From a virus (Duplodnaviria > Caudoviricetes), in the IMG/VR virus record IMGVR_UViG_3300025131_008672, positions 1-61,170 of that record: 61,170 nt of DNA; one strand, 5' to 3'. Both the position numbers and the translations under genes were made by a program. The notes beneath the pieces are model-generated. The model did no database searches. It had not been told where the DNA came from and worked only from the letters and a program-made list of their open reading frames with translations. Positions 57,145 to 61,170 of this stretch are shown in pieces (the stretch's first letter is position 1; every line of letters starts with the position of its first letter).

Positions 57145-57748
57145 TTATTATTTTTTCAATCTTTCTATATAGCACTGGACTTATCTTACGTAATGCTGTG
57201 GCATCACCCAAGAAATATTTCTCAAACCCATTAGCAAAATATTCCCCCATGGATGTCGCCCCATAAGGAGAAATAAAAAGGCCCATCGTTAGATTTAACA
57301 AAAGAGGATATCCTACCACATTGGCTAAAAAAGAATCAAATTCTTTATTATATTCTGTATTAGCATAAGCTTCCTGGTTAAGGTGATAGCCTTCATTGTT
57401 CAATAAATAATAGAGTTTGTGGCGTTTTCCTAGAAACTCTTGATGTAAATCGTTAGTATATATTTCCATACCGTATGTGGCTTCCAGAGAGTGGGCCACC
57501 TCGTGGATAAAGTTCTCTACCATATCAAAGTTAGCGGGCTCGGCAGAAGTCATATAAATACCTCCATTTGCAAAGGTTGCATTTCGATCGGCGAGTTCTT
57601 CAAATTTCCCAATATAAACCACGTCAACTCCCGCCAATAATTGAGGAGGCAAGATTTCTTCAACTTCTTGGCAGAAAACACCAACGTCCACCCCCTCCTG
57701 GGTGGGATCGGTGACGAAAACAGGAACATTGTAAATATAATATTCCAT
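57131..57748 (-). CDS. Zincin-type metallopeptidase-like protein
   Basis: FIHEVAHSL (HExxH) and downstream YG...EYFANGFE third-ligand motif. Confidence 0.7.
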   Translation of the reverse strand: MEYYIYNVPVFVTDPTQEGVDVGVFCQEVEEILPPQLLAGVDVVYIGKFEELADRNATFANGGIYMTSAEPANFDMVENFIHEVAHSLEATYGMEIYTNDLHQEFLGKRHKLYYLLNNEGYHLNQEAYANTEYNKEFDSFLANVVGYPLLLNLTMGLFISPYGATSMGEYFANGFEKYFLGDATALRKISPVLYRKIEKIINDET

Positions 57749-57990
57749 TATTTTTCTTGGGATTCTGCGGCTTCCACATCGTCCAGGGCCTGCTTATATC
57801 CGCGCAGAAAATTTTCTTCTGCCACGGCTAACAAAAACTCTGGGAATTCGGCAGCAAAAACTTGAACAGCCATATCTACTGTTATGTCTTCGGGGCCCTC
57901 CAAACGTTCACCAATATAATCCACTACCAACTGTTTAAGGCCCGTACCGGGTTCAACAATATTTTCTAACTGGGTATTCTCTAATTCCAT
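57748..57990 (-). CDS. Hypothetical acidic protein (start revised to MELENTQ)
   Basis: ATG at 57990 just after the phoH stop; TAATG coupling downstream. Confidence 0.65.
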   Translation of the reverse strand: MELENTQLENIVEPGTGLKQLVVDYIGERLEGPEDITVDMAVQVFAAEFPEFLLAVAEENFLRGYKQALDDVEAAESQEK

Positions 57991-57997
57991 AATCTTC

Positions 57998-59314
57998 TCA
58001 CAAATTTTCTGCGGCGAAGGTTGCAACTTTCGAGCGTTCGCCCTTATGTAAAGTCACATGTGAAGCAAGCTCAAATTTCTTAAACTTTTCGACTGCGTGC
58101 GTCAGGCCGTTAGAGGTTGCATCAATATAAACATTATCAATTTGCTCGACATCACCAGTCAACACGATCTTTGTCCCTTCTCCCACTCTTGTTATTATAG
58201 TCTTTAATTCGTGAGTTGTCAAGTTTTGTGCTTCATCAATTATGATAAAAGCGTTTGAGATTGAGCGACCACGAATATAAGTCAATGCTTCTATCTCTAT
58301 TGTACCCTTTTGCATGTAAATGTCAAGGGTTACTTTGTCATTTCCCATTAAAAACTGTAAATTATCTTGGATGGGCATTAGCCAGGGTGTCATCTTCTCT
58401 TCTAGACTACCAGGGAGGAAGCCAATGTCCTTTCCTAGGGGCTGTACGGGCCGTGAGACGATTACGCGGGAGTATTCAGCGCTTGATTCGTCTATGGTCT
58501 GTGCTAGGCCTGCAGCGATGGCACAGATCGTCTTACCGCTGCCTGCTTTGCCGATGATAGTAACGATTTGAACTTGAGGATCCATTAAGGCGTCCATAAG
58601 AAATTGTTGTTCTTTATTGCGAGGCTTAATTCCCCAAATCTTTTTACTTTTAAGTAACTGTTGTAGGGGCATGGCTTTATTTATAAATTTCCCCAGCGCG
58701 GTCTTTTTCTCATTAGCGCTGGAAACTAACATAACATATTGATTGGGAAACAAACTAGAATCTTCTAGATATACACTTTGTTTTTCATAAAAGCGGTCTA
58801 CAAGTTGATCGTCGACAAGAACCGTTGTATATCCTTCAAATATACTTTCACTATTATCTACAACTTGATTGTTTTGAAAATCTTCAGATGTAAGACCCAC
58901 AGCATCAGCAATCACACGCATGTTGATATCGCGGGATACTAGTATTACTTTTCGAGAACTTTCTCGTTGGGCTTTTAAAGCAGTTGCTATAATTAAGTGA
59001 TCTGGTATTTTGATGTCTAAATCACACGGTAAATCTTCAGGCATGATGCCGGCCGCACTAATAGATTTAATAAGGCCCAGGCCCTTCCTAATGCGCACAC
59101 CCTTGTCTAGTGATCCTCCTGAACGTAACTCGTCCCAAATGCGAATAATTTTTCGAGCCTGTGCTCCGACGGCGTCCTGGCGTTTTTTGTGTTTATCAAT
59201 TTCCTCAAATACTTTTAGAGGCACATGAATATCATTGGTTTTAAAAGCATAAATACAGTCGGCATTTGTTAAATAAACGCTTGTGTCTAGCACATAGGTT
59301 TTTTTACGACTCAT
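57998..59314 (-). CDS. phoH: PhoH family protein with N-terminal PIN domain (PhoH2 type)
   Basis: YVLDTSV PIN start, SRDINMR, GKAGSGKT Walker A, GFLPG, RGRS, IIDEAQN, GDVEQID. Confidence 0.93.
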   Translation of the reverse strand: MSRKKTYVLDTSVYLTNADCIYAFKTNDIHVPLKVFEEIDKHKKRQDAVGAQARKIIRIWDELRSGGSLDKGVRIRKGLGLIKSISAAGIMPEDLPCDLDIKIPDHLIIATALKAQRESSRKVILVSRDINMRVIADAVGLTSEDFQNNQVVDNSESIFEGYTTVLVDDQLVDRFYEKQSVYLEDSSLFPNQYVMLVSSANEKKTALGKFINKAMPLQQLLKSKKIWGIKPRNKEQQFLMDALMDPQVQIVTIIGKAGSGKTICAIAAGLAQTIDESSAEYSRVIVSRPVQPLGKDIGFLPGSLEEKMTPWLMPIQDNLQFLMGNDKVTLDIYMQKGTIEIEALTYIRGRSISNAFIIIDEAQNLTTHELKTIITRVGEGTKIVLTGDVEQIDNVYIDATSNGLTHAVEKFKKFELASHVTLHKGERSKVATFAAENL

Positions 59315-59331
59315 AAGGCTCCTGACATTTT

Positions 59332-59342
59332 ACTAAATAGCT
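59332..59342 (-). promoter_or_regulatory. Candidate promoter element (GCTATTTAGT on the coding strand)
   Basis: In the 36-nt gap upstream of the AGGAG SD of phoH; same CTATTTA core as at 5714-5720. Confidence 0.35.
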
Positions 59343-59350
59343 CACATTCT

Positions 59351-59875
59351 TTAATAATTGTTCTTCTTCGTGACGTCGCCGGAGGCCAAGACCTCTACGC
59401 GGGATGGTTTAAGGTCTACTCCTTCAAACTCCTCAGTCGTCTGTGTTACCATCCCGGATGCGTCGACCAAATCAGAAGAACTTTGAATTTTTCCACCTCC
59501 GACGCCCCACAATAACTGAATGCCCAAGGCGTCGCAAATATCCATCTCGGGAGTATTATTGGTTTTACGATCTCCCCCATTAGCAAAATAGGTTGGTTTT
59601 ACGCGCTTCAGAGCGTCGCAGACGGTACCATCTTTATCATCGACGGCGACGGTTTCTCCCACCCCCGTAAATCCTCTCAATATTTCACACCTTTCTTTAA
59701 AAGGCATAAAAATATATCCTTTCTTCCTCATCAGCCATTCGTCCGAATTTACCACCACGATAACCTTTCCGTACAGCGCAGCTTCTTGAATCATCCGCAG
59801 ATGACCAATGTGCACAGGATCAAATCCTCCGGATACACAAATCGTAGCAGGGGGGGTGGGAGATGATTTAGGCAT
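59351..59875 (-). CDS. Cytidylyltransferase-like HIGH nucleotidyltransferase (TagD/RfaE/RibL-like; start revised to MPKSS)
   Basis: SGGFDPVHIGH, VNSD, ERCEIL, ANGGDR, QSSS; AGGAG SD before 59875. Confidence 0.85.
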   Translation of the reverse strand: MPKSSPTPPATICVSGGFDPVHIGHLRMIQEAALYGKVIVVVNSDEWLMRKKGYIFMPFKERCEILRGFTGVGETVAVDDKDGTVCDALKRVKPTYFANGGDRKTNNTPEMDICDALGIQLLWGVGGGKIQSSSDLVDASGMVTQTTEEFEGVDLKPSRVEVLASGDVTKKNNY

Positions 59876-60143
59876 TTTTTTCTCCTTCTTCTGGTAAGTA
59901 TACAATATTTCCTTCTTGTTTAAAAGATTTTATATCTCTTACATAGTCCTCGACCTCTTCAACCTCCCATGGCATAGGGATCATTCCATGATAAGACATT
60001 CCTACCTCTACATAATTAAGGCGCGACCATATTTTTTTAACAACTTGCAACTGATCGTCTCGCATGCGAGTAATGGCCCACAAACTTATCAAATTAAATA
60101 ATAAAGCAATGAAGGATATAAAAAGGGCTAATTCTATAGGCAT
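59868..60143 (-). CDS. Hypothetical protein with N-terminal transmembrane helix
   Basis: MPIELALFISFIALLFNLISLWAI; the TTG at 60158 is an alternative start. Confidence 0.6.
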   Translation of the reverse strand: MPIELALFISFIALLFNLISLWAITRMRDDQLQVVKKIWSRLNYVEVGMSYHGMIPMPWEVEEVEDYVRDIKSFKQEGNIVYLPEEGEKNA

Positions 60144-60171
60144 AATAATTCTTTCCAATTGTAAAAAATTT

Positions 60172-60402
60172 TCACTGTATAATAGAGGCTTCTTCCGGGG
60201 TTGCGCTACAGTAGATGACTATAACATAGAGGCCCTCCCATTTGAGGGGAATTTTAGCACGTGCAATATTGGCCTCTTTCTTGGTTCCCGCATCCACTAC
60301 AAGAGTGGGGCCCAGTCCTCCATTTTTGATTGTATAAAAATATTGTGATCCAAACTCAACTGCAGCCTTGAGCTTCAAGACATCTTCGCCTATTTCTCCC
60401 AC
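60172..60402 (-). CDS. Hypothetical protein, 76 aa
   Basis: AGGA SD with GTG start; tight packing. Confidence 0.55.
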   Translation of the reverse strand: MGEIGEDVLKLKAAVEFGSQYFYTIKNGGLGPTLVVDAGTKKEANIARAKIPLKWEGLYVIVIYCSATPEEASIIQ

Positions 60403-60596
60403 TTGTCCTTCTTTCTACGAGTTTTTTTGTGTAATTTTTCAAATAGAAGCTTTTTCCATACGGTACCCTGAACTTCTTCGGTGGGCATATTAAGAGAATA
60501 AAGGCCTGCTAAAATGAGACGTATTTCGCGATTAGACAAATAAACTGTCTTTAAAAAAGCCGGGATTTTCTTCTGATGGTTTTTTTCGTCGCTCAT
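60390..60596 (-). CDS. Hypothetical basic protein, 68 aa
   Basis: ATGA overlap with the upstream methyltransferase stop. Confidence 0.6.
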   Translation of the reverse strand: MSDEKNHQKKIPAFLKTVYLSNREIRLILAGLYSLNMPTEEVQGTVWKKLLFEKLHKKTRRKKDKWEK

Positions 60597-61170
60597 TCGC
60601 CTTTCCTCTCTTTTATAACTAGTTGGGCGCCGCGGCTATTCACCGGCAGTATTGGATTATAAGATTCTAGGTCTTCGTATTGTCTCGCTGCTTCGTAGAG
60701 AAAAATATTTGCTGTATGGGAGGTATTTAAGCAAAAACCCACCCCTGGCATTTTTATATAAAGTATTTCGGCCGCGGCCATTATTTCAGGGGGTACCCCG
60801 GACTCTTCATTACCCACCACCAAACACAAGTGGCGATCAAAATTGAAATGATGAGAAGATAAGGGTCTTGCTCTTTCATCCAATTCCGCAGCCACCACAT
60901 GAAGGTCTTCTTTTTTTGCATGCTCTAGGAAATCTCGCGGATGAGAAAATTGAACAATTTCGACATAATCAATAAGGGTCCCCGAGGCGGCGCTTATGCG
61001 GCGCCGCTCAGGAACGTGTCCAACCACATAAAGCCGTTCTGCGCCAAAGCAAGCAGCACTCCTAATAAGATACCCAAGGTTATCATCAACGCGGAAATTG
61101 ATAGCGCAGAGACTAATCGGATACTTCTTGGCAGTTTTAAGTTTGCTATCATAGCGCTGGCGACGAGTTT
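60593..61170 (-). CDS. SpoU/TrmH-family RNA 2'-O-methyltransferase (5' end outside window)
   Basis: Frame stays open to the window edge: ...AINFRVDDNLGYLIRSAACFG (motif 1), VVGNEESGV (motif 2), IKMPGVGFCLNTS (motif 3). Confidence 0.88.
   Translation of the reverse strand, partial: TRRQRYDSKLKTAKKYPISLCAINFRVDDNLGYLIRSAACFGAERLYVVGHVPERRRISAASGTLIDYVEIVQFSHPRDFLEHAKKEDLHVVAAELDERARPLSSHHFNFDRHLCLVVGNEESGVPPEIMAAAEILYIKMPGVGFCLNTSHTANIFLYEAARQYEDLESYNPILPVNSRGAQLVIKERKGE

Noticed and set aside
1-61170. Alternative genetic code (stop-codon recoding seen in some large phages)
   Set aside because: Genes are full length under code 11, and TAA, TAG and TGA each end genes right at the next start.
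1-61170. tRNA, rRNA or structured ncRNA genes
   Set aside because: No intergenic gap is long enough and no cloverleaf signature was seen.

Overview
A 61 kb segment of a large (probably jumbo) contractile-tailed bacteriophage. About 57 tightly packed genes all lie on the minus strand, use the standard code and often have Shine-Dalgarno sites and overlapping stop/start codons. In transcription order (right to left): (1) 61170-56365 auxiliary genes (SpoU/TrmH RNA methyltransferase, HIGH nucleotidyltransferase, PIN-PhoH, zincin protease, Cas4-like PD-(D/E)XK nuclease); (2) 56355-38114 a 21-gene glycan biosynthesis and decoration locus (7 glycosyltransferases including a fungal Kre2/GT15-like enzyme, 3 sulfotransferase-like proteins, 4 methyltransferases, 3 epimerases including GDP-mannose 3,5-epimerase, 2 nucleotide-sugar dehydrogenases, NadE) with no exporter or polymerase; (3) 38103-36150 small genes and a T4 gp55-like sigma factor; (4) 36157-2348 a baseplate/tail module (M15 peptidase, spike-like protein, gp25, gp6, DNRLRE-like protein, a 3590-aa LamG-bearing wedge protein, tail-fibre-attachment-like paralogs); (5) 2340-1 RuvC-like resolvase, primase and small genes. 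The most notable signal is a strong enrichment of the tripeptide [S/T]-[G/A/S]-S in four outer baseplate/tail proteins but not in neighbouring structural proteins or enzymes. With the adjacent soluble glycosylation locus, this suggests a phage-encoded virion O-glycosylation system with its own sequon (inference, untested). All calls come from motif recognition by eye; no database search was run.
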